Under the pieces are notes generated by a model that saw only the letters and a list, made by a program, of their open reading frames with translations, had not been told where the DNA came from and did no database searches. A stretch of DNA of 42,690 nt from Thermoplasmata archaeon (lineage in GTDB: Archaea > Thermoplasmatota > Thermoplasmata > Lutacidiplasmatales > UBA184). Of this stretch, positions 9,946-20,486 are shown in pieces (position 1 is the first letter of the stretch; each line of letters starts with the position of its first letter). The DNA lies in the NCBI GenBank assembly GCA_049800095.1, contig JBARJD010000044.1:1-42690 (forward strand), read 5' to 3'. The position numbers and the translations under genes are program-made.

Positions 9946-11250
9946 TCATCGAGTCGCGGAAAGCGACGCAAGGGGAGGGGCCGGGCCTGGCAGAACGGAG
10001 GGTGGGCCCGGCGAGTCTGCAACGAGCAGCCCGTTCGCGGCCATCAACGTCTGCAGTTGTCGCTCCGGTAGAAAGTTCAGCCGAGAGGTGAGAACGAGGA
10101 GGGAAGGAAATCTTGTACGATTGGGCCGCGCGGAAGCCAACCATGCCCCGGAACGCGACCAAAGCGAAGAAGTCGATTCCGGTGGAACCTCGGCCCCCAT
10201 AACGGGGGCACGACCCATCTCAGGTGGTTCTCGAGCGCGAGGACTCTGCGGCCCGGCCGGTAGATTCTCATTCTGTACCGGGCCAATTGTCAAACCCACC
10301 GACGCATATTCCTGGCCCCGGAGCCGGGTTTCCAGCAGGTTTGGTCCTAGATAGCGGAAGATCCGGTCTTCGATGAAGTCTCCCGACGGTTCTTGGTCGA
10401 ACGGCGCGGGGTTGCCAATCCAAGGCGTCCGAAGCGACGGCGAGTCGGGCGAGAGAAGTGGAGATTTCGACGCCGTCTCCAAGGGGCCGCGGCGCGTCGG
10501 TCTGGCGCACTGGAGGATCGTCCGGAAAATCTGACTTCCGTCTCGAAGGGCCCGCAGCTTGGCTTGCCCGACCCGCATGCGATAGTCGACGGGGATCTGG
10601 TGCACGATGTAGCCCCGGCGGATTGCCTTGAGGACGAGCTCGGCCTCGATCGCAAAGTGGGAATCGGCCAACTTGAGCTCCATGAAGCGCTCGGTCGACA
10701 CCCCCCAGAAGCCGCTACAGAGGTCGAGGATCGATCTCCGCGTGAGGAAGCTCGCGGCATAACTCAGCCCGACGTTCCCCACCCGGTGGATGAGGTCCTT
10801 GAAATCGTTCGGCGGCCCCCACACGCGACGGCGCACCCCGATAACGAGGTCGGTTCCCCTCTGGAGCAGGTCGAGGGCGGGGAGGATTCGGTCGGAGGGG
10901 TAGGTCGCGTCTGCGTCGAGCGTCACGACATACGGGATTCCGAGACGGTGGACCCAAGTCACGGCCTCGAGCATGGCGCCGCCCTTCCCCCGGCCGATTT
11001 GCTGCAACACGGGAACGCCCCAGCTCCGGGCGACTTCGAGTGTGCCATCAGTCGAACCGCCGTCGATGATGACAACCCGGATGTTCTGTCCCGACTCATC
11101 CAGGCGATCGAGCGCCAGGTCACCGAGGGTGCGGGCGAGTCCCTCCTCCTCGTTCAACGTAGGGAGGACGACGACGGCGTGCGCTTCCCAGAAAGGTGCA
11201 AGGTCGATGCCGTCTGGGCTAGCGCGTGGGGACCCGAAGCTGTCCATCAT
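9946..11250 (-). CDS. Family 2 glycosyltransferase (dolichyl-phosphate sugar synthase-like) with about 200-aa low-complexity C-terminal extension
   Basis: VVVLPTLNEEEGL...VVIIDGGSTDGT...VTLDADATYP is the GT2 DxD-type N-terminal domain. The C-terminal half has no recognisable domain and no TM helix. Confidence 0.75.
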   Translation of the reverse strand: MMDSFGSPRASPDGIDLAPFWEAHAVVVLPTLNEEEGLARTLGDLALDRLDESGQNIRVVIIDGGSTDGTLEVARSWGVPVLQQIGRGKGGAMLEAVTWVHRLGIPYVVTLDADATYPSDRILPALDLLQRGTDLVIGVRRRVWGPPNDFKDLIHRVGNVGLSYAASFLTRRSILDLCSGFWGVSTERFMELKLADSHFAIEAELVLKAIRRGYIVHQIPVDYRMRVGQAKLRALRDGSQIFRTILQCARPTRRGPLETASKSPLLSPDSPSLRTPWIGNPAPFDQEPSGDFIEDRIFRYLGPNLLETRLRGQEYASVGLTIGPVQNENLPAGPQSPRAREPPEMGRAPVMGAEVPPESTSSLWSRSGAWLASARPNRTRFPSLLVLTSRLNFLPERQLQTLMAANGLLVADSPGPPSVLPGPAPPLASLSATR

Positions 11251-11979
11251 GGTCGAATTCTCACTCAGACGTTCGTTAAGGACGACTCACGGGACGGAGT
11301 GTCTCTATGGAAGTCGTTCGCACGTACTGTGGACACAGGGCCTTCAACCTGCGCCCCGGACAGCTGGGATTGACTACGGGAGTCTTCGACTAGTAACTCA
11401 CTCCCCAGTTTGGAGTTTGCTGCGATCGGCACTTGGTGGATCCCTGTCAGTGGATCCCCCGAAGTGATCTCCCGCAAAAGGTCGAGCCAGCGGAGGCAAG
11501 GCCTCGACTGAACAGGAACGTTCCTCCCTCGCATTCCAGTACCTGCAAGAAGCCAGTCGAGAGGTAGGTTGGGATATTCGCTCCCTTAATTCGGATTGAG
11601 TTTCTAGATCTTGTCCTCTCGGGGTTCATATGCCGTCGCCGTACGGCCCCCGGGGACGGGGGCTGAGGCGTGGAGCGCTTGTCCGGGCGTACCACTCCGC
11701 CGCTAGAAATCCTAACGTCCGAACTGAGCGCCCGCGGTATCCCAAGACGAGAGAAGTTGCCCGGTCTCCGCGCGGTTTCGGGGGCTAATGGGTGGATCCG
11801 CAGTTGGGTTCGATGGTTCGTGCGGCCCCCGGGAAGCGTGCGAGGTGACCCCTGCCCCACAAATATCGGCCGATGTCGATGGGAAGGTCACGGACTCGGG
11901 CAGATGGCTCGGATATCTTCTTCGAGCGAGCCCTCGAAGTGGGCCCGAGGCCGGACCGGTGCGGTGTGCCCGCGGAGAT

Positions 11980-13083
11980 TCAACGACCAAGAGCCAGGGG
12001 CTTGCCGTCCACCGCGACCGTGGCACCGACGTTGATGACCCATGCGAAAAAGGGCGACGTATTCTTGCCGCCGGAGAATCGGTTGTTTCCGAGAGATACC
12101 ATCACGGCGCCGAGTTCGCGATCCTCCAACTGCGGCGTGTTGTGCAATTCCGGATTCAGCCCGATGCGCAGCTGGCCCGGCCGGTCACGCCCCTTTCCTC
12201 CCTTCTTGAACTCTCGGTCAAATCGATCACCGCCCTCCGCGAACTCCGCGTGCGTGAGCTTCCCATTCCGGAACTGGAACGTCCCTCCGGTGGCGATCGC
12301 ATCATCGTAGTAGTTTGTCCGATTGGCAACGATGGTTCCGTCGGCCACCGTTTCGTCCAGTGCGACGCTGACCGCGCCCGAAGGAAGCGTGACGAGCTGA
12401 TTGAACGGCCGCTTCCTTTCGGCTGGAGTTGGAAGTCCAGTGTCGAGCCGAGTGGGCCGGTGAAGAAGGCCGAGGGTGAGGTCGGTGCCTCGGTCGTCTC
12501 GGATTCGCAGGCGCTTCCCACGGTCGAGCGCTCGCGCGATGGGTCGTCCGACTCGGGCCATCGATTCGGAGCTGACCATAGTTCCCCGCACCACGTCGGA
12601 AATCCACTTCCCCTCGTCGGCCTTGTACGCCTTGATTAGCGAGGGATAGGGCCGCCCAACCTCGAGGCGGGCTCCCCGGACTCCCCGCCTGTTGGCCGTG
12701 GCGTACCATTTGTTGTTGAACTCAAAGAGCTGGTTGAGCTGGGATGCCGGAAGGGCGTTGAGGCGCACGCGATCCCCCGGGCCCCACATGTGAATGTAGA
12801 CGTTTGTGTTTGCAAGCGCCGCCCACTCGTGGGCGGCTGGCTTTCCCAGAACTCGCTCGTGCCCGCTCCGGACCGCGTCCCAGTAGGCTTCCTCGTCCTC
12901 GTACGGCATCAGAACCTGTGCGCCCATCTGTCGGGCTTCGCGCGCGATGGCCACCGCCCAGGGGAGGGTGTGCGTCCAGGCCTCTACGATCACACGCTCC
13001 CCGGGTTTCACATGAAGGTGGTCTTTCAGGACGGATCGAGCAAATTTTGTCTTGGTCGCCGGAGAAACCGATGAGTCCGACAT
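11980..13083 (-). CDS. M29-like aminopeptidase (aminopeptidase T family), paralog A
   Basis: 367 aa. N-terminus ...VKPGERVIVEAWTHTLPWAVAIAREARQMGAQV and C-terminal GxNxxxGG region resemble thermophilic M29 aminopeptidases. Metal ligands were not verified. Confidence 0.6.
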   Translation of the reverse strand: MSDSSVSPATKTKFARSVLKDHLHVKPGERVIVEAWTHTLPWAVAIAREARQMGAQVLMPYEDEEAYWDAVRSGHERVLGKPAAHEWAALANTNVYIHMWGPGDRVRLNALPASQLNQLFEFNNKWYATANRRGVRGARLEVGRPYPSLIKAYKADEGKWISDVVRGTMVSSESMARVGRPIARALDRGKRLRIRDDRGTDLTLGLLHRPTRLDTGLPTPAERKRPFNQLVTLPSGAVSVALDETVADGTIVANRTNYYDDAIATGGTFQFRNGKLTHAEFAEGGDRFDREFKKGGKGRDRPGQLRIGLNPELHNTPQLEDRELGAVMVSLGNNRFSGGKNTSPFFAWVINVGATVAVDGKPLALGR

Positions 13084-13497
13084 GCTCGCGAGCTAACTCC
13101 TGCACTGGATATGAACTTGAAGGGGATTCGGTCCGGGGAGCACCGAGTTCGACCACAGCCCCTTCAGCACGGCAGGTGCAGATTCACTGCATTCGATACT
13201 CCTCGGAGCTAACTGATTCCAGCGCCTGCGGTGGTCTTCGCGTCGCTGACGGTTCCCGATTGACCACACTAGGGCGGGGCAGCCGCAGAGGGGAGCCCAG
13301 TTGCACCCTGAAGGTCTCGAAGGCGTACGTCAGGACGTTCGGATTGGGGACCCATGAGGCCCGGCATCAACGACCGCACAAACTCTTGGGACCAATCACT
13401 GCAATTGGAGCACCGTGCCCGCGGATCCACCATCGACGACTCCGTTTAGGAGTTCGGCTCCCCGAACTCCCTCCCCGTACAGAGTGGGATGCGCGCG

Positions 13498-14811
13498 CTA
13501 TCCGCCGTCCAACCACTCTACTACGGAACCCGTCACCGGTGCCGAATCTGTGGCCGAGATCACGAGCTTGTTTCCTGACATGCTCGCAGGTGTCGTGAGA
13601 ACCCATTCGTCAAAGAAGGAGAATCCAACGGGCGTGCTGGGAACGCTCCAAGTGTTCGTTCCGAAATTGTAGGTGGCCACGACGGCGTCGTTCGAGAGGT
13701 TCAGGATTTGCAGGGTGAATCCGCTGGTCGAAACGGCAGCGCTGGTGGTATTGTTCTCCACGGCGACAGTCAGGTCGCCGGCTGTGAGGGTATCAACGCT
13801 GCACGCGAGGGTGCCGTTGTTCCAATAGGTCGCCCCCATGTTCTCTTCTTGGAAGGGGAGCGTGTAACAATCGCTCGAAAGGGCGGTCGTGCCGCCTCCA
13901 GGGCCCGACGCGCTGGTGCAGGCCGCGGTGGTGTTCTCGGATTGGATCAGCGTTCCCGACGTGGCGTTGATTGAGGCTGTGAATTGGGCCGCGGCCTCCC
14001 CACTGAGAGTCTTCCCATTATCCGCACCGAGGGCGCAAGTCGTGTATTCAATGTCCCAGGAGGCAGAGATCGCGGTGCCCCCAAAGGAAGTGGACACGGA
14101 AGGTACAAGGATGTATTCGACATCGACGGATCCGTACTTCCCTTGGAAAGAGGCCCCTCCGGCATCCGCGGCGGTGGCTGCGGCAGCCGGGCTGTCGATG
14201 TAGTCGGAGGGTAGGTTCAAAGCCGTCACTCCCGTGGCGCACCCGCCGTAGATGCCGAGGGTGATGATCGGAGTCGCCGAACCCCCGAACACCGCGACTT
14301 CGAGTACCCCGTCCGAGGCGTTTGCATACCAAATGATCCACGCGTCGGTGAGACCGCTTGAAGGCGACGAAGTGCTCGAGGGAATGGAAGTGACCGACGA
14401 AGCTCCACTCAGCACCTTGGCACTACACCCTCCTCCGGACGCGGTGGCGTTGAGTGCAGTGGCATTCACCGCCACTGGTGTGGAGATCTGGACCCCCACG
14501 CCACCGATGAGGGTCCACGGACCCCCGTTAACGGAGGAGACGGAGGGTGTGGCAGTGGTCGCGGCCTCGGAGAAGGTGCCCGCCCCTCCATTGTTTCCTG
14601 AGGAGGTCTTGGTTTTCGCGGCCGCGAACGGCCCGACTCCGCCGAAGTAGAGCCCAGCCAAGACTACGGCAGCCACTATTACAACTATCACGACGACGAG
14701 CACAAGGCTAACAGCGGACTTCGCGGCTCCGGGGGAAGGCGACCCTGGAGCCGGCGGCGTACCAGTAGATGGAGGCGGAGCGGGCGCGGCCGGTCCGGAC
14801 GTCATCGACAT
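13498..14811 (-). CDS. Membrane-anchored Ser/Thr/Ala/Gly-rich surface protein
   Basis: 437 aa. It has a Pro-rich N-terminus, one TM helix (LVLVVVIVVIVAAVVLAGLYF) and a long low-complexity ectodomain. Confidence 0.6.
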   Translation of the reverse strand: MSMTSGPAAPAPPPSTGTPPAPGSPSPGAAKSAVSLVLVVVIVVIVAAVVLAGLYFGGVGPFAAAKTKTSSGNNGGAGTFSEAATTATPSVSSVNGGPWTLIGGVGVQISTPVAVNATALNATASGGGCSAKVLSGASSVTSIPSSTSSPSSGLTDAWIIWYANASDGVLEVAVFGGSATPIITLGIYGGCATGVTALNLPSDYIDSPAAAATAADAGGASFQGKYGSVDVEYILVPSVSTSFGGTAISASWDIEYTTCALGADNGKTLSGEAAAQFTASINATSGTLIQSENTTAACTSASGPGGGTTALSSDCYTLPFQEENMGATYWNNGTLACSVDTLTAGDLTVAVENNTTSAAVSTSGFTLQILNLSNDAVVATYNFGTNTWSVPSTPVGFSFFDEWVLTTPASMSGNKLVISATDSAPVTGSVVEWLDGG

Positions 14812-15105
14812 CGCAACACACTCGGAGCAATCTCCGACCCAGCCCGTCGTAGATAATGGTTTCCCGGGAGTATCAGCATGGGCCTCCTTACCATCGAGGA
14901 GCCCAGCCGCGCTTCAGGGCCAAGAGTCGAGAGTCTGAGCCGCCGCCAAGGAGAAACCTGACCCGACCTCAACTGAAATCCCCCAAGCGCCGCCGATGGA
15001 TCATTGGGACGAGCCGAGGGTGGCGCTCCACGCCTCCAATCGGCAGCTTAATCGAATCTACCGTGTGACCAATTCACGTCCCGCACCCCGCTGGTGGACA
15101 AGGGA

Positions 15106-16215
15106 CTAGAGGACCTTTCCGGCGCGGACGATTGGAGTCCCGTCGATCGCGATCTCGGAGCCGGCGAGCGAAAACCAAGTAAAGAAACTCGACCCGTTGG
15201 TGCCCCCGAGATACTGGTTCCTCCCGATTTGCAGGGAAACGCTCCCGCCCTCGACGGTCTCCAAGTTGGGGACGTCTTTGACGGCCGAGTTCAACCCGAG
15301 TTTGAGAACGCCTGTACGGTCCTTGCCCGTCGTGCCTTTCTTGTACCGGCGGACAAACTCTTCTTCTCCATGCTCGAAAGAATACGAAGCAAGCTCACCG
15401 TCTGAGAATTCGAGCGATCCGCCGGCGTGCCAGTTCCACCAGATATTTGTCCGGCGGTTGGCGTGAAAGCTCCCCTCCGCGGTTTTGGAGTCGAGGGCCA
15501 CATCAAGGGTTCCAGCGGGGATTTGCTGCAGCATACCGGATTGGGAGTCTCCCTTGTGATATGGGTGGGGTCTCCCATCGTTCAGCCGTGGATCAGCCGC
15601 GGCTAGGGCGACTTCCAGGTCGGTTCCGTTGGAGTGGGTGATACGCACTCTCTTCCCTCGTGCAAGCGCCTTACGGAGCCGAGCCCCGCTTTTGGCCATC
15701 TCCTCTGGGCCGGTGAGACATGCTCGCAGCATGCTTTTCTCCCACCGCGCGAGGTCCAACCCCCACTGCTTGGCCCGTCCCTCCGTCACGAACCCCTCGG
15801 TCATTCGCACCCCGCGGAGCCCCGCCTTTCGGGCAACGGCGTACCAGGGCCAGTTCCAGGCGAACGCGTCGTTGAGGGCATCTTCGGTGTCCTTCTCGAT
15901 GCGGTAGGCGTTACCCGGACCCCAGAAATTCACGTACACATCCGCCGCTTTCAGCGCTGCCCACTCCGGGGCGCTCGACTGGCCGAGGAGCTTTCCCTGC
16001 CCCCGTTCGATCGCCCGCCACCACGAGTCCTCGTCCTCGTGGACGAAGAGTACTCTGCCACCCACTCGGCGGACCGCATCGACCATCGCTGTGGCCATCG
16101 GCATCGTGTGGTTCCATGACTCGATGATCGCGTTCTCTCCTGCTCGGACCTTGAGATACTTGGTCACGATGCTGCGGGCCGCGTCGCGCTGCAGCTTCGA
16201 GGGAGTTTCCGGCAT
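15106..16215 (-). CDS. M29-like aminopeptidase, paralog B
   Basis: 369 aa, collinear with 11980..13083 (...VRAGENAIIESWNHTMPMATAMVDAVRRVGGRV...). By eye about one third of residues are identical. Confidence 0.6.
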   Translation of the reverse strand: MPETPSKLQRDAARSIVTKYLKVRAGENAIIESWNHTMPMATAMVDAVRRVGGRVLFVHEDEDSWWRAIERGQGKLLGQSSAPEWAALKAADVYVNFWGPGNAYRIEKDTEDALNDAFAWNWPWYAVARKAGLRGVRMTEGFVTEGRAKQWGLDLARWEKSMLRACLTGPEEMAKSGARLRKALARGKRVRITHSNGTDLEVALAAADPRLNDGRPHPYHKGDSQSGMLQQIPAGTLDVALDSKTAEGSFHANRRTNIWWNWHAGGSLEFSDGELASYSFEHGEEEFVRRYKKGTTGKDRTGVLKLGLNSAVKDVPNLETVEGGSVSLQIGRNQYLGGTNGSSFFTWFSLAGSEIAIDGTPIVRAGKVL

Positions 16216-16337
16216 GGCCCGGGGCCGAAGTCGACGGGCCTACTTGTAATCCGCCAGGGGCTGAGAAGCCGTGGGCCCATCAGAACAACCTGTACCCCAC
16301 CCCTCGTTCCGAGTCTCGCGATGCGGGGCGGGAGATT

Positions 16338-16360
16338 AAGACACAATCTCCGTTGCAACC
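16338..16360. repeat. Degenerate copy of the intergenic palindrome
   Basis: aagaCAc aatctccg TTGCAACC. The spacer and right arm closely match the 9838 copy (cacaatctccaTTGCACC). Confidence 0.4.
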
Positions 16361-16475
16361 GCCTAACAACTTCTTGTGCCAATCTAACCCGGACCGCGCG
16401 AACCGGCGCCCAGGCGATCTCCATGACTCTTCACCGATCTTAGTGAAACCGGTTTAAGCCCGAGTACAAGGAGGC

Positions 16476-16736
16476 ATGACCAAGTCCCAAGCCGAGGCGA
16501 TTTCGATGGGTTGGGCGAGCTTTGAGTTGGGCGGCCTGTTGAGAGTGCTCGGAGCGTTCGTCATCGTCGTCGGAATCGGACTAGCGATCTACGAATTCTC
16601 GATGAGTAACAGGTTGACCGCGTTGGTGGCATTCGTCGCTCTCTTGGTCCTCGGACTATTGATGGTCTCCTGGGGCGGCTACTCCCGGAAGCAGAACACA
16701 CCGATAGGGCGCGTTGATGACGTCCACGGCCAGTAG
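16476..16736 (+). CDS. Small 2-TM membrane protein
   Basis: 86 aa with two hydrophobic helices. AGGAGG lies 3 nt upstream of the ATG. Confidence 0.5.
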   Translation: MTKSQAEAISMGWASFELGGLLRVLGAFVIVVGIGLAIYEFSMSNRLTALVAFVALLVLGLLMVSWGGYSRKQNTPIGRVDDVHGQ

Positions 16737-17132
16737 ATTCGCCAGGCGGATCCCGACGAGCCGTGCGCACGGGGCTCGACAAATCACTAAGGTCGGCCCC
16801 GCCGAGAGATGCGGTGAGTGACTAGGGTGCCTCCCAAGATCGCTCGCATTACCGCCGCCGAGCGCGACGCAAAAACGGTCACCTAGTTATGGTGGATTAC
16901 TGAACGAGACTGACCCCGATCTCGGGCGCAAGGACAGGGGGCGATATGATACTCGCACCAAAGTAACTGCACCCCTTCAAACTCTGCTGACTAAGGAGTC
17001 GGGCCCAATCCGGGCGTTCCGACCTTCGACTCTCGAGTAGCCTTTCCCCTGCCGGGCAGGTCCGTTCGGGCCAAAATCACATGCGACCACGCAGATGAAT
17101 ACGAACGCCGGGTTCGCAGCCGTCAGGTCTAA

Positions 17133-18161
<1,029 letters not shown>

Positions 18162-18428
18162 CGGGACATGACTCGGGGGATCCGCGCCCCTGACGAAGAG
18201 ACGCTTGGGCAGACTGGCGTATCGGGTCTTGCAAGAATCTCTCGTTGTCCCCCAGTACCCAGTCCGGACGGTAAATGTAACAGGGGCGGCTCTTCGTCAG
18301 TGTGGTTGCAAGTCAACCTCAGCCCAGCGTGGGTGCATCGACTAATGCACCCTTCTTTGAAGCTCCTAGGGACGCGACGTTGTAGAACTCAAGTCTTGCA
18401 AGCTCAGATTCTTTCAGGCAGCAGTCTG

Positions 18429-18935
18429 CTACGCAAGGGGCTGCACTTCCCGAAGGAGGCCGGTCTCCATGTCGAAAATAAAGCCTCGGACAGGGACGTC
18501 TTTCGCGATCCAAGGATGGGATCTTACCTTCTTGATTTGTTCCTGCGTGTTCCGCTCGGGGTCGTTGTAAGAGAAAAAACGCATGGGAGCGGGCGACGCG
18601 TCACCGGTCGAAGCGGTCAGCTTCGCGTTCAGCTCTTCGTCGGTGAATGTGGTAAAACCACAGCCGGTGTGGTTTAGAATCAGTATCTCTGTGGTCCCAA
18701 GTACACGGTTGGAAACCAGAAGTTCCCCGAGAACATCTTCTGTTACCGCAGGTCCGCCGGTTCGGATAACGTCGATGTCGGCTTGCGGCAGACCCAAGAT
18801 TCCGGGGAGGTCTGAGAGTCGAGGATCCATGCAAGTTACAACGACGATTTTTGGGGTCGGACGCTTCCCCAGCGTTGAATTGTACTTTTTGGCATAGTTG
18901 CGGTTTGCTTCGAGCGCCTTATCGATAATACTCAT
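18429..18935 (-). CDS. Beta-class carbonic anhydrase
   Basis: VVTCMDPRL...NHTGCG zinc-ligand motifs are present. I start at the internal Met (MSIIDKALE), which is preceded by GGAGGGTGA, and do not use the 241-aa track ORF. Confidence 0.88.
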   Translation of the reverse strand: MSIIDKALEANRNYAKKYNSTLGKRPTPKIVVVTCMDPRLSDLPGILGLPQADIDVIRTGGPAVTEDVLGELLVSNRVLGTTEILILNHTGCGFTTFTDEELNAKLTASTGDASPAPMRFFSYNDPERNTQEQIKKVRSHPWIAKDVPVRGFIFDMETGLLREVQPLA

Positions 18936-19211
18936 TGTCACCCTCCATAGCGGTTCGGCTCTGCCGCTCGCCGCGCCAGGTATGGCGACGTTCGTATATG
19001 GTGTCGTAAGGTAGCGCTGAGTGGCATCTCCGAGGAGCATTCTAACGGGAGATACGTGTTCAGGAGGACTGCATCCCCCGTTTCCCAAGAAGAGAGGGAT
19101 GCAGCAAAGGCCATCGAGGACGCGTTTGAATCGGCCGACTAGACTCGAAGACACTCAAGGATGGCCACCGGGCCGTCTCGCTATAGCTGATTATCCCCTT
19201 CCTCGTATTGG

Positions 19212-19231
19212 GGTGCAAACTGACTTGCACC
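19212..19231. repeat. Intergenic palindrome, perfect copy
   Basis: GGTGCAA actgac TTGCACC, 30 nt past the stop at 19261. Confidence 0.9.
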
Positions 19232-19260
19232 CGCACCTCCAAGCGGGAAAGCGCCGAAGC

Positions 19261-19821
19261 TCACTTTGCCCGTGCGGTCGGCACGTATCGAAGCACGACG
19301 GGTCCATTCGACCGCGCTTGGGCTCCGAGCAATTTCATACCGATTGGTTCGGCAACAGACGGAAACAACGGATGCCTTCGACCGAGTACGATGCGCGATA
19401 CCCCAAGCCGGGGCTCATGCATGAGACCATGGGTCAGTAGGTGACCCCAAAGCTTTGCGCTCCCGAAGATGAAGATGTCCTTCCCGGGTTCTCTATTGAG
19501 GCGACGGACCTCCTCCTCGGGGGGCTCCCTGACTAGCCGGGTGTTGTTCAAATCTACCGATTTCAAGGACTTCGAGAAGACAACCCGCGGAATTGAGGAC
19601 ATGAAGTCGGCGATCGGCCCTTTTTCAGCCACCCAGAAATTGACCTTCCCCTCGCACGTGACTCGGCCGAAGAGCATCGTACCGATGGTCTTGTTTTGTT
19701 CTATCGAGTAGGCTTGCTGATCCTTGTCCCAGGTGCGGGCCATGAAAACGAGATTGCCCGACGTGGGGCCCTAAAAGAAACCGTCGAGGGTGACCACTTC
19801 CCAGGTGATCAGTTTCCTCGT
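19261..19821 (-). pseudogene. DHFR-like / RibD C-terminal domain gene with in-frame TAG and ACG at the expected start
   Basis: Upstream of track ORF 19261..19743 and in the same frame: T(ACG, 19821..19819) RKLITWEVVTLDGFF * (TAG at 19773..19771) GPTSGNLVF M ARTW... The stretch RKLI...LDGF.GP is the canonical N-terminus of this family (compare 3395: SVFIATSVDGFIARKDG). Confidence 0.65.
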
Positions 19822-19857
19822 CCTATCTCCCTCGGGAGAGACTATCGATGTTCAGAG

Positions 19858-20337
19858 TCAGCGCGAGCGCGACGTTAGGTCCTGCTTGAGGGCGGGGGCA
19901 ATACTGCGGCGCCATAGTCCGGAATCACCCCGTTTCTCCTCGGCGGCCAGACGTGCAATTTCGGACCTTGAGAGCGACTTGCGACTGGTTGTAAGTCGTG
20001 ACCCGTAGAATTCGAGGTAGGAACGGTGAGACCCGTCGGGAACGATGCGGTACCAATACTGGGAGTGTTGAAACGGACCGTCCAGGTGAGTGTTTGTCCA
20101 CGTCAGTTCCGACGGATTCAGCCGAACTAGACGATGGATTCGACGACGGCGCCCTTCGGGATAGGTGGTATCTGTTAGGATGAGAGCGTTCTCGCTGAGC
20201 GGGCGAACAGACCGTTCCCATTTCACGGGAAACAACTTGCCATCGCTTGGCTCGAAATCGGTACACCACGAGTAGGCGACTTTCGCTGCGGCGTTCAATC
20301 GCTGGCGGAATTTGTACTCAAGCGTGTAGGTCGGCAT
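19858..20337 (-). CDS. SRPBCC (START/polyketide-cyclase-like) family protein
   Basis: 159 aa from the internal Met MPTYTLEYKFRQRLNAAAKVAYSWCTDFEP..., preceded by GAGAGGAAAG. The upstream part of the 210-aa track ORF looks non-coding. Confidence 0.55.
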   Translation of the reverse strand: MPTYTLEYKFRQRLNAAAKVAYSWCTDFEPSDGKLFPVKWERSVRPLSENALILTDTTYPEGRRRRIHRLVRLNPSELTWTNTHLDGPFQHSQYWYRIVPDGSHRSYLEFYGSRLTTSRKSLSRSEIARLAAEEKRGDSGLWRRSIAPALKQDLTSRSR

Positions 20338-20486
20338 CTTTCCTCTCGGAGTTGTCGACGCGGGAAGACACCGGGAAATTAAAGACTCGGCACCACCGTG
20401 CTTCGGTCGGCTGCGGATTGGGCTAGCCCGCTTGGGACAGGTTGGAAGACGCACCGGGTTCCAGGTCTCGACTGTCGGGGGAGGAT

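Noticed and set aside
10393-11373. Long antisense or overlapping ORFs in the supplied track. Examples: 10393..11373 +, 11788..12639 +, 5954..6559 -, 22146..22748 +, 25203..25901 -, 17537..18109 -, 40587..41279 -.
   Set aside because: They lie opposite or out of frame to genes with clear family signatures. Their translations are Arg/Pro/Gly/Ser-rich with no motifs, which is the expected stop-codon-poor artefact of GC-rich DNA.
19771-19773. In-frame TAG as a possible pyrrolysine or programmed read-through codon.
   Set aside because: The same gene has also lost its start codon (ACG), a neighbouring gene is frameshifted, and nothing in the window suggests Pyl machinery. A pseudogene or sequencing error is more parsimonious.
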